Assembly (NCBI GenBank): GCA_900752335.1
Contig: CAADUZ010000016.1
Span: 931 to 64,930 of the forward strand
Length of the DNA: 64,000 bases
Reading direction: 5' to 3'
Origin: Clostridia bacterium
Lineage (GTDB): Bacteria; Bacillota; Clostridia; TANB77; CAG-508
A model generated the notes under the pieces. That model was not told the DNA's origin. It ran no database searches and saw nothing but the letters and a program-made list of their open reading frames with translations. Position numbers and translations under genes: made by a program. Below, piece by piece: positions 1 through 9,682 of the stretch (position 1 is the stretch's first letter; each line of letters begins with the position of its first letter).

Positions 1-2
1 TA

Positions 3-443
3 ATGGGAGAGCATGGCGATTCGTCTTTTGTACCATGGAAACATGCGTATATTGGTTGCAAAAAGATAATAGACATTATGAAAGACAATAAGCATGATAT
101 AGCAGATTTAAATAAAATTCATAAAGGTGTTGTTGATGCAGCATATGAAATAATAGAAAAGAAGAAGGCAACATATTACGGAATTGGTATGGCATTAAAT
201 AGAATTGTAAGAGCAATACTAGATAATGAAAATTCAATTTTAACTGTATCAACATACTTATCTAATGGTAAGTATGGCCAAGACGATATATACATTGGAA
301 TTCCAGCTGTAATTAATTCTAATGGTGTAAGAGAAATTCTAGATTTAGACCTAGATAAAGAAGAACAAGAAAAACTAGATAATAGCTGCAAAATAATAAA
401 AGATATGAGAAAAAATTCGATAGATAAAATAATAAATGAGTAA
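3..443 (+). CDS. ldh: L-lactate dehydrogenase, C-terminal part (5' end lies upstream of the window)
   Basis: The ORF runs in from the window edge. It has a GEHGDS motif followed by sequence resembling the LDH C-terminal domain. The leading M is internal, not a start codon. Confidence 0.8.
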   Translation: MGEHGDSSFVPWKHAYIGCKKIIDIMKDNKHDIADLNKIHKGVVDAAYEIIEKKKATYYGIGMALNRIVRAILDNENSILTVSTYLSNGKYGQDDIYIGIPAVINSNGVREILDLDLDKEEQEKLDNSCKIIKDMRKNSIDKIINE

Positions 444-525
444 AATGTAATATGTTCACAAAAAGGTCATAAAAATAGTTTATAATATACAATTATTTTG
501 ATTATAAAAAACTAGGAGAGTGTAA

Positions 526-1201
526 ATGACAAGAACAAAATTAAAAGATAGAATTTTGCCAACATATACAAAGGGAGAAGAGATATTTAATATGACTTCC
601 CATATAGTAGGGGCAGTTTTAGGAATTGTTGCGATAGTGCTTTGCGTTGTGATGGCAGCGGTACATGGAAATGTATATGGTGTAATAAGTGGTGCAATAT
701 ATGGAACTACTATGCTTATACTATATACTATGTCAAGCATATACCATGGATTAAGTGCAAAATGTAAGCGGAAAAAAAGTATTACAAGTGCTAGACCATT
801 GTACAATATTTTTATTAATAGCAGGTTCGTACACACCATTTGCACTTTGCACATTTAGAGAATATGACACTGCCGTGGGTTGGACAATATTTGGAATAAT
901 TTGGGCTATGGCAGTAATAGGTATTGTATTAAATGCAATAGATTTAAAAAAATACAAAGTGTTTTCAATGATTTGCTATTTGGGAATGGGATGGGCGATA
1001 ATTTTTAAAGCAAGTTTGTTGCCAGTACTATTATCAAAAGGTGCATTAATACTTTTAGTAGCAGGTGGAATTGCTTACACAATAGGTGCAGTTCTTTATG
1101 GTTTAGGTAAGAAACATAAATGGATGCACTCAATATTTCATTTGTTTATATTATTAGGAAGTTTACTACATTTTTTCTGCATTTTATTATATGTAATGTA
1201 A
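526..1201 (+). pseudogene. hemolysin III / YplQ-family membrane protein interrupted by a frameshift in an A7 run (772-778)
   Basis: Two overlapping ORFs (526-858 and 755-1201) together give one multi-TM hemolysin-III-like protein. SIYHGLSAKCKRKK in frame 1 continues as VLQVLDHCTIFLLIAGSYTPF in frame 2. Deleting one A restores ...RKKVLQVLDH... Confidence 0.8.
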
Positions 1202-1231
1202 TATGCTTAAAGATAAATTGGAGGATAAATT

Positions 1232-3790
1232 ATGTTAAGACTAGAAAAAATAACAAAAGAATATGTTACGGGAGATAGTAAGGTTCAAGCTTTAAAGGGA
1301 ATAACATTAGAGTTTAGAAAAAACGAATTTGTATCAATACTAGGTCAAAGCGGCTGTGGCAAAACTACATTACTAAATATAATTGGTGGGCTTGATAAAT
1401 ATACAACAGGAGATTTAGTAATAAATGGCAAGTCTACTAAAGAGTTTAAAGATAGAGATTGGGATGCATATAGAAACCATAGTGTTGGATTTGTATTTCA
1501 ATCATATAACTTAATACCACACCAAACTATACTTTCAAATGTAGAGCTTGCGCTTACATTATCTGGGGTTAGCAAAAAAGAAAGAAGAAAAAGAGCAATA
1601 GACGCATTAAAGCAAGTTGGTTTGGGCGACCAATTAAATAAAAAGCCAAATCAATTATCTGGTGGACAAATGCAAAGAGTAGCTATTGCAAGAGCCTTGG
1701 TAAATGACCCGGAAATAATTCTAGCAGATGAACCAACAGGTGCACTGGACACTAAAACCAGTGTTCAAATAATGGAAATATTAAAAAGTATTTCTAAAGA
1801 TAGACTAATTATTATGGTTACTCATAACCCAGATTTGGCAGAAAAATATTCTTCAAGAATTATAAAAATACTTGATGGAAAAATTACTGACGATTCAAAC
1901 CCATATAGCAAAGAAGAAGAAAAAAAGGAAAATAGGGATTCAAAGGCAAACAGCAAGGTTTCAATGAGTTTCTTTACAGCATTATCATTAAGTTTAAACA
2001 ACTTAATGACTAAAAAAGGAAGAACAATACTCACTTCTTTTGCAGGAAGCATAGGCATAATTGGTATAGCCCTTATTTTATCGCTATCTAGCGGTATGCA
2101 AGCGTACATAAATAGAGTAGAAGAAGATACACTTTCTTCGTATCCAATTACAGTTGAAGAAGAAACAATAGATATGGCAAGCATGATGACTTCGCTTATG
2201 GGAGATGCAGAAGAAACAGCGCATGAAGATGGAAAAGTATATTCTAAAAATATCGTAAATGATATGTTAAGTACAATTTCTACAAAAATTCAGAGCAATA
2301 ACCTAGAAGAATTTAAAAAGTATTTAGACGACGAAAATAGCCAAATACGAAATTATATAAACGCAGTTCAATACAGCTATAATTTAGACTTAAATATATA
2401 TAAAGAAGATGAAGATAAGGTAGTTCAAGTAAATCCAAGCCAAATATTTTCAAAACTTGGAATGGACGAAATGAGCAATATGATGCTAGCAGAAACTGAC
2501 GTATGGCAAGAACTATTAGATAATAATGAATTATTGCAGTCACAATATGACGTTATTGCGGGTAAATGGCCAGAAAACTATAACGAAGTGGTATTAATTG
2601 TAGACGAAAATAACGAAATATATGACTATACACTATACGCACTAGGAATATTGGACCAAGACGAGTTAGAGGAAAAATATCAAAAGATATTAGACGGAGA
2701 AGAAGTAGAAGACGAAGAAGTAAAAACATATACTTATGAAGAACTACTAGATACTAAATTTAAAGTATTATTAAACACAGATTATTATGAAAAAGATGGC
2801 GATATTTGGCTAGACAAGAGCGAAGATGAGGATTATATAAAAGAAAAATTAGAAGATGCCGAAGAAATAAAAATAGCAGGAATTATAAGACCAAAAGAGA
2901 ACACTGTAGCAACAGCAATGTCTGCAACAATAGGATATACAAAAGAACTTAAAGAATATGTAATAAATGAAATTAATGAAGCGGAGATAGTAAAAGAGCA
3001 AAAAGAAAATAAAGACATAAATGTGTTTACAGGGACAGAATTTCCAAAAGATCCAGATGCGGGATTTGATTTTTCTAGTTTAACTGACGAACAAAGGATG
3101 TACCTTGCATCACTTAATGAAGAAGAAATGGCAAAACTTATGCAGCAATATACAGAAAATGCAAGTGCAACATATGAAGGCAATTTGGAGAAGATGGGTG
3201 TTGTAGATTTAAGCAGTCCTAGTAGAATAAGTATATATCCAAAAGACTTTGAAGCCAAAGAACAAATTGCAGCAGAAATAGAAAAATATAACCAAAAAGA
3301 GCGTGACGAAGGAAGAGAAGAAAATGCAATAACATATACAGATATTGTAGGAACAATGATGGATTCTGTATCAACTATAATAGATGCAATAAGTTATATA
3401 TTAATAGCATTTGTGGCAATATCGCTTGTAGTTTCTTCAATAATGATAGGAATTATAACATACATTTCTGTATTAGAGAGAACAAAAGAAATAGGAATAT
3501 TAAGAAGTATTGGTGCTTCTAAAAAGGATATTTCAAGAGTATTTAACGCAGAAACATTTATTATAGGTTTATGTGCAGGAATACTTGGAATAGGTGTAAC
3601 TATTCTATTAAACATACCAATAAATATGATAATAAAATCTGTAGCAGATATATCTGGAATTGCAAAACTTCCAACAGTAGGTGCAATTATACTAGTAGTA
3701 ATTAGTATGTTACTTACAATAATAGCAGGTTTAATACCAGCAAAAATGGCAAGTAAAAAAGACCCAGTAGAAGCATTAAGAACTGAATAA
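1232..3790 (+). CDS. ABC transporter with fused ATPase and FtsX/MacB-type permease
   Basis: N-terminal Walker [10 protein letters not shown], signature LSGGQ and Walker B ILADEP. A mid-protein TM segment is followed by a long acidic extracytoplasmic region. The C-terminal FtsX-like 3-TM block contains [19 protein letters not shown]. Confidence 0.85.
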   Translation: MLRLEKITKEYVTGDSKVQALKGITLEFRKNEFVSILGQSGCGKTTLLNIIGGLDKYTTGDLVINGKSTKEFKDRDWDAYRNHSVGFVFQSYNLIPHQTILSNVELALTLSGVSKKERRKRAIDALKQVGLGDQLNKKPNQLSGGQMQRVAIARALVNDPEIILADEPTGALDTKTSVQIMEILKSISKDRLIIMVTHNPDLAEKYSSRIIKILDGKITDDSNPYSKEEEKKENRDSKANSKVSMSFFTALSLSLNNLMTKKGRTILTSFAGSIGIIGIALILSLSSGMQAYINRVEEDTLSSYPITVEEETIDMASMMTSLMGDAEETAHEDGKVYSKNIVNDMLSTISTKIQSNNLEEFKKYLDDENSQIRNYINAVQYSYNLDLNIYKEDEDKVVQVNPSQIFSKLGMDEMSNMMLAETDVWQELLDNNELLQSQYDVIAGKWPENYNEVVLIVDENNEIYDYTLYALGILDQDELEEKYQKILDGEEVEDEEVKTYTYEELLDTKFKVLLNTDYYEKDGDIWLDKSEDEDYIKEKLEDAEEIKIAGIIRPKENTVATAMSATIGYTKELKEYVINEINEAEIVKEQKENKDINVFTGTEFPKDPDAGFDFSSLTDEQRMYLASLNEEEMAKLMQQYTENASATYEGNLEKMGVVDLSSPSRISIYPKDFEAKEQIAAEIEKYNQKERDEGREENAITYTDIVGTMMDSVSTIIDAISYILIAFVAISLVVSSIMIGIITYISVLERTKEIGILRSIGASKKDISRVFNAETFIIGLCAGILGIGVTILLNIPINMIIKSVADISGIAKLPTVGAIILVVISMLLTIIAGLIPAKMASKKDPVEALRTE

Positions 3791-3797
3791 AATAAAG

Positions 3798-3836
3798 AGC
3801 CTTAATGAAGGGGAAAACCCTAAATTAAGGCTTTTC
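3798..3836 (+). terminator. rho-independent terminator after the ABC transporter gene
   Basis: Stem AGCCTTAAT (3798-3806) pairs with ATTAAGGCT (3824-3832), followed by TTTC. Confidence 0.55.
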
Positions 3837-3960
3837 TGATTAATTTTCAAAAGGTAGGGCTAATTGACATAAAATCCAAAATGTGGTAATATTAAGGTGT
3901 ATCTAGCATAGCTAGAATTAGTAACTATAGTATTAAATTCTTTATGAGAGGAGAGAACAA

Positions 3961-5154
3961 ATGAGGGAGACAGCAAAGACAACAATGTGGTTTAAGCGGT
4001 TATTTAGTTTTGTAATTATAATAATCGCAGTTATGTGCATGAGCACAGTAGCTTTTGCAGCCGACGTATATGAAATTCGGCTTCGGGTAACAAATGGCGG
4101 GGATTTAGAACTGCCGGAAATCAACAGTCGTTCAAGCCGGTATGAAGTAACAGAAGTGGACTGGAGCAAGGAATACGACCTAAAAGCAGGAGATAGAATT
4201 ACTGCAGAAGTAACAGTATCGCCAACAGATGGCAACGAAATTTATATCGATTCCAAAAACGATATTGACATTTCGGGGTCAAGAGCAGAGTTTATATCTT
4301 ATCGAAGAGATGGATATGACTTCAAAATAAAAATACGGTATACTGTTAAGGGAGAGCTAGAAACTCCAGAAGACGCATACTGGGACGACGACGACCCTTG
4401 GATTGCAAGGTGTACAAAAGTTAGCAATGCAGATGATTATGAATTTGTATTGTACGACGGAGGACGCCGAGTACACAAAGAAGTAACGAGCAGAAATTAC
4501 TTCAATTTTGCAAAATATCTAGCGCAGAGAGGCGTATATGAAGAAGACGAAGTGTATTTCAAAGTAAGAGCATTATCGGATGATAATGACGAAAGCGATT
4601 ACATAGAATCTTCGGAATTCTACGACTGGTACGAGCTTTGGTATTATTGCAAAGATAAAAACATTGAAGTAAACGGAAGTGACAGTCATGTAGTAGGCCA
4701 TGGACAATTTGTACTTAATGGATGGGTACAAGATATAAGTGGAACATGGAGCTACTATCAAAACAATTCAAGGTTAACTGGTTGGCAATATGTAAATGAC
4801 CGCTGGTATTACCTTGATGCAGGAGGCATAATGAAAACGGGCTGGATTATATTAAACAACAAATGGTACTATCTTAACGCAGATGGTGCTATGGCCACTG
4901 GTTGGCTCTACCTTAATTACAAATGGTATTGGGCAGACCAAAGCGGCGAAATTGTTTTAAATGATTGGAGATATATCAACCAAAATTGGTATTACTTCAA
5001 TAGCTCGGGCGAAGCTGTAAAGGGTTGGAACTGGATAAATAATGCAATGTATTATTTCTATCCAACAAAAATGGGAGACCATCCAGAATGCTCAATGGCA
5101 TACAATACTTACATTGACGGATATTACGTTAATGTAGAAGGAAAAAGAATGTAA
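3961..5154 (+). CDS. secreted protein with C-terminal cell-wall-binding (choline-binding/CW_binding_1-type) repeats
   Basis: Signal peptide ...MSTVAFAADVY. About six tandem 20-aa units of GW..(N)..WYY(L/F)...G.m..GW type lie at about 4717-5085. The N-terminal domain is unrecognised. GC content is clearly above the window background. Confidence 0.8.
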   Translation: MRETAKTTMWFKRLFSFVIIIIAVMCMSTVAFAADVYEIRLRVTNGGDLELPEINSRSSRYEVTEVDWSKEYDLKAGDRITAEVTVSPTDGNEIYIDSKNDIDISGSRAEFISYRRDGYDFKIKIRYTVKGELETPEDAYWDDDDPWIARCTKVSNADDYEFVLYDGGRRVHKEVTSRNYFNFAKYLAQRGVYEEDEVYFKVRALSDDNDESDYIESSEFYDWYELWYYCKDKNIEVNGSDSHVVGHGQFVLNGWVQDISGTWSYYQNNSRLTGWQYVNDRWYYLDAGGIMKTGWIILNNKWYYLNADGAMATGWLYLNYKWYWADQSGEIVLNDWRYINQNWYYFNSSGEAVKGWNWINNAMYYFYPTKMGDHPECSMAYNTYIDGYYVNVEGKRM

Positions 5155-5164
5155 TACTGACAAG

Positions 5165-5190
5165 GAGGGCGGAAATCGCCCTCTTTTTTT
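5165..5190 (+). terminator. rho-independent terminator
   Basis: GAGGGCG-gaaat-CGCCCTC followed by T7. Confidence 0.85.
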
Positions 5191-5250
5191 GGAACAAGGG
5201 GACACACATTTTGTTTCATTTTTGGAACAAATTGTGTGTCCCCTTGTTCC
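5191..5250. repeat. REPIN-like palindromic doublet, copy 1
   Basis: GGAACAAGGGGACACACATTTTGTTTC-attttt-GGAACAAATTGTGTGTCCCCTTGTTCC. This is two inverted about 27-nt units, flanked by TTT and AAA. Confidence 0.85.
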
Positions 5251-5384
5251 AAATTGATAAAATTTAAAAAAAGCTGTACTATTTGGCAAAAATAGTATAT
5301 AATAGAAATGTGTTTAAACCGACAGGCTTATATTCTTAATTAAGAATATACTGTGTAATAATTTTAGAAACTGAGGTAATAAAC

Positions 5385-6563
5385 ATGAAAGATTCAAAAG
5401 ATTACAAAAATTTTGACAGAAAGGAAAATTTAAAATTAGCATCAAAAGTAGTACATGGTGCTTTAGGAGTAGATCCAGAAACAGGGTCATTAAGCTTCCC
5501 TATTTATCAAGCAGCTACATATAAACATAAATCTATTGATAAACAAGAAGCATACAATTATTCAAGATGCATTAATCCAACTAGGGAAGAGCTAGAAAGG
5601 ACAATGACAATTTTAGAGGAAGGCACAAGAGCATTTGCTGTAAATTCAGGTATGGCAGCAATTACATTAGTATTTTCATTATTAAAACCAGGGGACCACA
5701 TAGTTATGTCTGACGATATATATGGAGGAACTTTTAGAGAAGTAAATGAAGTGCTAACAGTAAATGGGGTAGAATATGACAGCATAGATTTATCTGATAT
5801 TGACTTATTAAAGAAGACAATTAAGAAAAATACAAAAATGATATTTGTAGAAACACCAACAAACCCTATGATGAAAGTTGCAGATATTGAGAAAATAGCA
5901 AAAATAGGACATGAAATTGGTGCTATAGTCGTTGTTGACAATACATTTTTAACACCATATTTCCAAAGGCCACTTACACTTGGAGCAGATATTGTTGTAC
6001 ATAGTGGAACAAAATATTTAGCAGGTCATAATGACGTGTTAGCAGGAGTTGTTGTTGTAAAAGACAGCAAAATTGGAGAAAAATTAGAAATACAAATGTA
6101 TATCTATGGAGCAGGATTAGGACCAATGGACTCTTGGTTAATGCTTCGTGGAATAAAAACATTAGCATTAAGAATGGACAAGCATGCAGAAAATGCTATG
6201 AAGGTAGCAACATGGCTACGTAATGAACCAAAAGTAGAAAAGGTATATTATGTAGGATTTGAAGACCATAAAGACTATGCAGTAACTAAAAAGCAAACTA
6301 CAGGCTTCGGCGGAATGATATCATTTAGAGTAGATAGCATGGAAACTGTAAATAAAATTTTATCTAACCTAAAACTAGTGATATTTGCAGAAAGTTTAGG
6401 TGGAGTAGAAAGTTTAATTACTCACCCAGTAAGCAGAACTCATACAGAAATTTCTGAAGAAAAAAGAAATGCATTAGGAATTACAGATACACTACTTCGT
6501 TTATCTGTAGGAATTGAAGATGCAGACGATATTATTGCAGATTTAAAACAAGCTATGGAATAA
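5385..6563 (+). CDS. Cys/Met-metabolism PLP enzyme (cystathionine beta-lyase / gamma-synthase family)
   Basis: 392 aa with the trans-sulfuration family layout. The PLP-lysine motif is SGTKYLAGHNDVLAG. The C-terminal LRLSVGIED motif is present. RBS gaggt lies upstream of the ATG. Confidence 0.85.
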   Translation: MKDSKDYKNFDRKENLKLASKVVHGALGVDPETGSLSFPIYQAATYKHKSIDKQEAYNYSRCINPTREELERTMTILEEGTRAFAVNSGMAAITLVFSLLKPGDHIVMSDDIYGGTFREVNEVLTVNGVEYDSIDLSDIDLLKKTIKKNTKMIFVETPTNPMMKVADIEKIAKIGHEIGAIVVVDNTFLTPYFQRPLTLGADIVVHSGTKYLAGHNDVLAGVVVVKDSKIGEKLEIQMYIYGAGLGPMDSWLMLRGIKTLALRMDKHAENAMKVATWLRNEPKVEKVYYVGFEDHKDYAVTKKQTTGFGGMISFRVDSMETVNKILSNLKLVIFAESLGGVESLITHPVSRTHTEISEEKRNALGITDTLLRLSVGIEDADDIIADLKQAME

Positions 6564-6571
6564 AAACTTTT

Positions 6572-6631
6572 GGAACAAGGGGACACACAATTTGTTCCAT
6601 TTTTGAAACAAATTGTGTGTCCCCTTGTTCC
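6572..6631. repeat. REPIN-like palindromic doublet, copy 2
   Basis: GGAACAAGGGGACACACAATTTGTTCC-attttt-GAAACAAATTGTGTGTCCCCTTGTTCC. It differs from copy 1 at 3 positions. Confidence 0.85.
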
Positions 6632-6656
6632 AAACTGAGAAAAGGAGGAATTGAAA

Positions 6657-8996
6657 GTGACGAAGTTTACTAAAATGCAAGCTTATGGTAACGATTATGT
6701 ATATATTGATGCGATAAACCAAAATATAACTAATGTGCATGAACTTGCTAGATATATAAGTGATAGGCACTTTGGCGTTGGTTCTGATGGTTTAGTTTTA
6801 ATTTGCAAGTCAGACGTGGCTGATTTTAAAATGAGAATGTTTAATCCAGACGGAACTGAAGGCGAAATGTGTGGTAATGCATTAAGGTCTTTGAGCAAAT
6901 ATGTATATGACCACAAACTAACAGATAAGGAAGAACTAAAAATAGAAACACTTGGTGGAATTCAGCATGTTAAATTAACTGTAGAAAATGGCATAGCAGT
7001 AAATATTGAAGCAAATATTGGGAAGCCTGTATTAGATACAAAACTAATACCTGTAAACACAGATCTTCCAGAATTTATAGAGCAAGAGGTAAAAGTATTA
7101 GATAGAACATTTAAAATTACTGCTGTATCATGGGGAAACCCACACTGTGTTATGTTTATAGATGACGTAGATAATTTTGACGTAGCAAAATACGGAAAAG
7201 CAATAGAATATATGACAGAAATATTTACAAATAAAACAAATGTAACTTTTGCACAAGTAGTAGATAGAAATACCATTAAGATTAGAGAGTGGGAAAGAGG
7301 TACAGGAGAAACTATTGGTTGTGGAACAGGTTGCTGTACTGCAACTGTAGCAGCAGTTTTAACAGGAAGATGCAATAGAAGAGTAAATGTGCATCAAATT
7401 GGCGGAATTTTAGAAACAAACTGGGACGAAGAAACTGGAAAAATGTTTATGAAAGGTCCATCTCATACAGTATTTGAATCTGAAATTGACGTAGATAGTA
7501 TCTTAAAAAAATATAGAACAACTAATCTACAAGAATTAGTGAAAAATGTGGATTATGAGCTTCTAAAAGGAAACTTAAATGTAGATATTGAGGATATAAA
7601 GGACGACTCTCGAAAAGTACGTATAAACGACATGTATGTAGCAAAAATCGGTAGTGCATCAGATGGGCATACATACATTCCAGATGCCATAAAAAAAGGT
7701 GCAAAAGTAATAGTAATAGAAAAAGACATAGAACTACCAAACGAAGATATTACTATATTAAAAGTAAAATCTTCAAGAGAGGCAATGGCTGAAATGTCGG
7801 CTGCATATTTTAAATATCCTGCAAATGAATTAACTGTTGTAGGAATTACAGGAACTGCAGGTAAAACCTCAACTTCAACAATACTAAAGAAAATGATTGA
7901 AGAAGATGGGGAAAAAGCAGGGCTAATTGGAACTATAGGTGCGTTTATTGGAAAAAGAAAAATAACGCTTCATAATACAACGCCGGAAAATTATGATATA
8001 CAAAAACTATTTAGAGATATGGTAGAAGAAGGCTGCAAATATGCAATAATGGAAGTATCTTCACAAGGGCTAAAAATGCATAGAGTAGATGGTTTTACAT
8101 TTGATTATGGAGTATTTACCAATATTTCTAAAGAACATATAGGTCCAAATGAGCATGAAAGTATGGAAGAATATATGTACTGCAAAAGCTTATTATTCCA
8201 AAAATGCAAAAAAGGAATAATAAATGTAGACGATAAAAATTGGGAAAACATTATAAAAAACCATACATGTGACATAATAAAATACAGCCTAAACAACGAA
8301 AATACTGATTATAAAGCAGAAAACATTAAATTTATTATGACAGATAAATTTTTAGGAATGGGCTTTGAAGTAACAGGAAAATTAAAAGACGAATTTAAGG
8401 TAGCTATTCCTGGCAGATTTTCTGTATATAATGCATTATGTGCAATAACAATAGCACATGAATTAGGTGTAAAAGTATCTTCAATGAAGAAAGCGTTAGA
8501 AACAGCATATGTAAAAGGCAGAATGGAGCTTGCTATCTCTAATGACAAATATAAATTGATAATTGATTATGCTCACAATGAAGACGAAATGACAAATTTA
8601 ATGGAAACAATAATGGAATATAAACCAAAAAGAATAGTTTGCATTTTCGGTGGCGGCGGCAACCGAGCAAGAGATAGAAGATTTGATATGGGCGAAATAT
8701 CTGGAAAATATGCAGGACTTACAATTCTTACAGAGGACAATCCTCGTTTTGAAGAAATAGATTCTATTAATAACGACATAATCACAGGATTAAATAGAAG
8801 CAATGGAAAATACATAACAATAAAAGATAGAGAAGAAGCAATAGAATATGCAATGAAAAATGCTTTAGAAGGAGATATGATACTTTTAATAGGAAAGGGA
8901 CATGAACAATACCAAGAAATTAAAGGTGTACAATATTTCTGGGACGAAAGAGAAGCGGTAGAGAGAGTAAAAGCGAGATTAAGCCAAAGTAAATAG
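6657..8996 (+). CDS. fused diaminopimelate epimerase (DapF) and UDP-MurNAc-L-Ala-D-Glu:meso-DAP ligase (MurE)
   Basis: A single ORF. The N-terminal about 285 aa is DapF-like (FTKMQAYGNDYVYID, with catalytic Cys contexts MCGNA and GCGTGC). The remaining about 490 aa is MurE-like (GITGTAGKTST P-loop and the DNPR motif). GTG at 6657 lies 8 nt after GGAGG, so it is preferred over TTG at 6651. Confidence 0.8.
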   Translation: MTKFTKMQAYGNDYVYIDAINQNITNVHELARYISDRHFGVGSDGLVLICKSDVADFKMRMFNPDGTEGEMCGNALRSLSKYVYDHKLTDKEELKIETLGGIQHVKLTVENGIAVNIEANIGKPVLDTKLIPVNTDLPEFIEQEVKVLDRTFKITAVSWGNPHCVMFIDDVDNFDVAKYGKAIEYMTEIFTNKTNVTFAQVVDRNTIKIREWERGTGETIGCGTGCCTATVAAVLTGRCNRRVNVHQIGGILETNWDEETGKMFMKGPSHTVFESEIDVDSILKKYRTTNLQELVKNVDYELLKGNLNVDIEDIKDDSRKVRINDMYVAKIGSASDGHTYIPDAIKKGAKVIVIEKDIELPNEDITILKVKSSREAMAEMSAAYFKYPANELTVVGITGTAGKTSTSTILKKMIEEDGEKAGLIGTIGAFIGKRKITLHNTTPENYDIQKLFRDMVEEGCKYAIMEVSSQGLKMHRVDGFTFDYGVFTNISKEHIGPNEHESMEEYMYCKSLLFQKCKKGIINVDDKNWENIIKNHTCDIIKYSLNNENTDYKAENIKFIMTDKFLGMGFEVTGKLKDEFKVAIPGRFSVYNALCAITIAHELGVKVSSMKKALETAYVKGRMELAISNDKYKLIIDYAHNEDEMTNLMETIMEYKPKRIVCIFGGGGNRARDRRFDMGEISGKYAGLTILTEDNPRFEEIDSINNDIITGLNRSNGKYITIKDREEAIEYAMKNALEGDMILLIGKGHEQYQEIKGVQYFWDEREAVERVKARLSQSK

Positions 8997-9105
8997 TTAA
9001 AATATAGAAATGTCTAGTAACAAAACTAATATTTTGCACTAGACATTTTTTCATATTTGTTTTAAAATAATGTGTGAAAAAACAAAACGAAAGGATAATA
9101 TTAAT

Positions 9106-9645
9106 ATGAACATTTGGCATGATATAAATAAAGAAAGAATACACAAGAACGATTTTATTGGAGTAGTAGAAATATCAAAAGGCGGAAAGAATAAGTATGA
9201 ATTAGACAAAGAAACTGGAATGTTAAAACTAGACAGAGTACTATATACAGCAACACATTATCCTACAAATTATGGTTTTATACCACTTACATATGCAGAT
9301 GATAACGACCCACTAGACGTGCTAATTCTTTGCAATGAAGAAATACAGCCACTTACATTAGTAGAATGTTACCCTGTTGGGGTTCTAATAATGAATGATA
9401 ATGGAGAAGAAGACGAAAAAATAATAGCAATTTCTAAAAAAGACCCATATTTAAATGTATATAATGATATATCTGCACTTCCAAACCATATATCGGACGA
9501 AATTAAGCATTTCTTTGAAGTGTATAAACAATTAGAAGGTAAAACTACAACTGTAGATAGAATGCTTGGAAGAGAAGATGCAGAAAATATAATAGAAAAA
9601 TGCATGAAAAAATATGAAGAAAAATTTGCGACTGCGGACAAATAA
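9106..9645 (+). CDS. ppa: inorganic pyrophosphatase (family I)
   Basis: Sequence contains EISKGGKNKYELDKETG...LDRVLYTATHYPTNYGFIP...DDNDPLDVLIL. ATG at 9106 follows AAGGA, so the upstream ATG at 9070 is unlikely to be the start. Confidence 0.9.
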   Translation: MNIWHDINKERIHKNDFIGVVEISKGGKNKYELDKETGMLKLDRVLYTATHYPTNYGFIPLTYADDNDPLDVLILCNEEIQPLTLVECYPVGVLIMNDNGEEDEKIIAISKKDPYLNVYNDISALPNHISDEIKHFFEVYKQLEGKTTTVDRMLGREDAENIIEKCMKKYEEKFATADK

Positions 9646-9682
9646 AAGTAGTTTTCTTTGTCCAAGAAGAGGATGGTGAAAA

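Noticed and set aside
5290-5384. An S-box (SAM) riboswitch upstream of the Cys/Met PLP-lyase gene.
   Set aside because: The region is too short and lacks the conserved GC-rich S-box helices.
5191-6631. The repeated 60-bp palindromes, considered as a CRISPR array.
   Set aside because: There are only two nearby copies, separated by a 1.3-kb protein-coding gene. The units are inverted doublets, not direct repeats with short spacers, and there are no cas genes.
6651-6656. The TTG start at 6651 for dapF-murE, and the ATG starts at 9070 (ppa), 12959 (pilMN), 34890 (znuA-like), 35837 (znuC-like), 37521 (trpS), 41229 (mreB), 57409 (pflB) and 58844 (coiled-coil protein).
   Set aside because: In each case a downstream start codon has a properly spaced GGAGG-type RBS and matches the expected family N-terminus. 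The longer ORF-track extensions are probably not translated.
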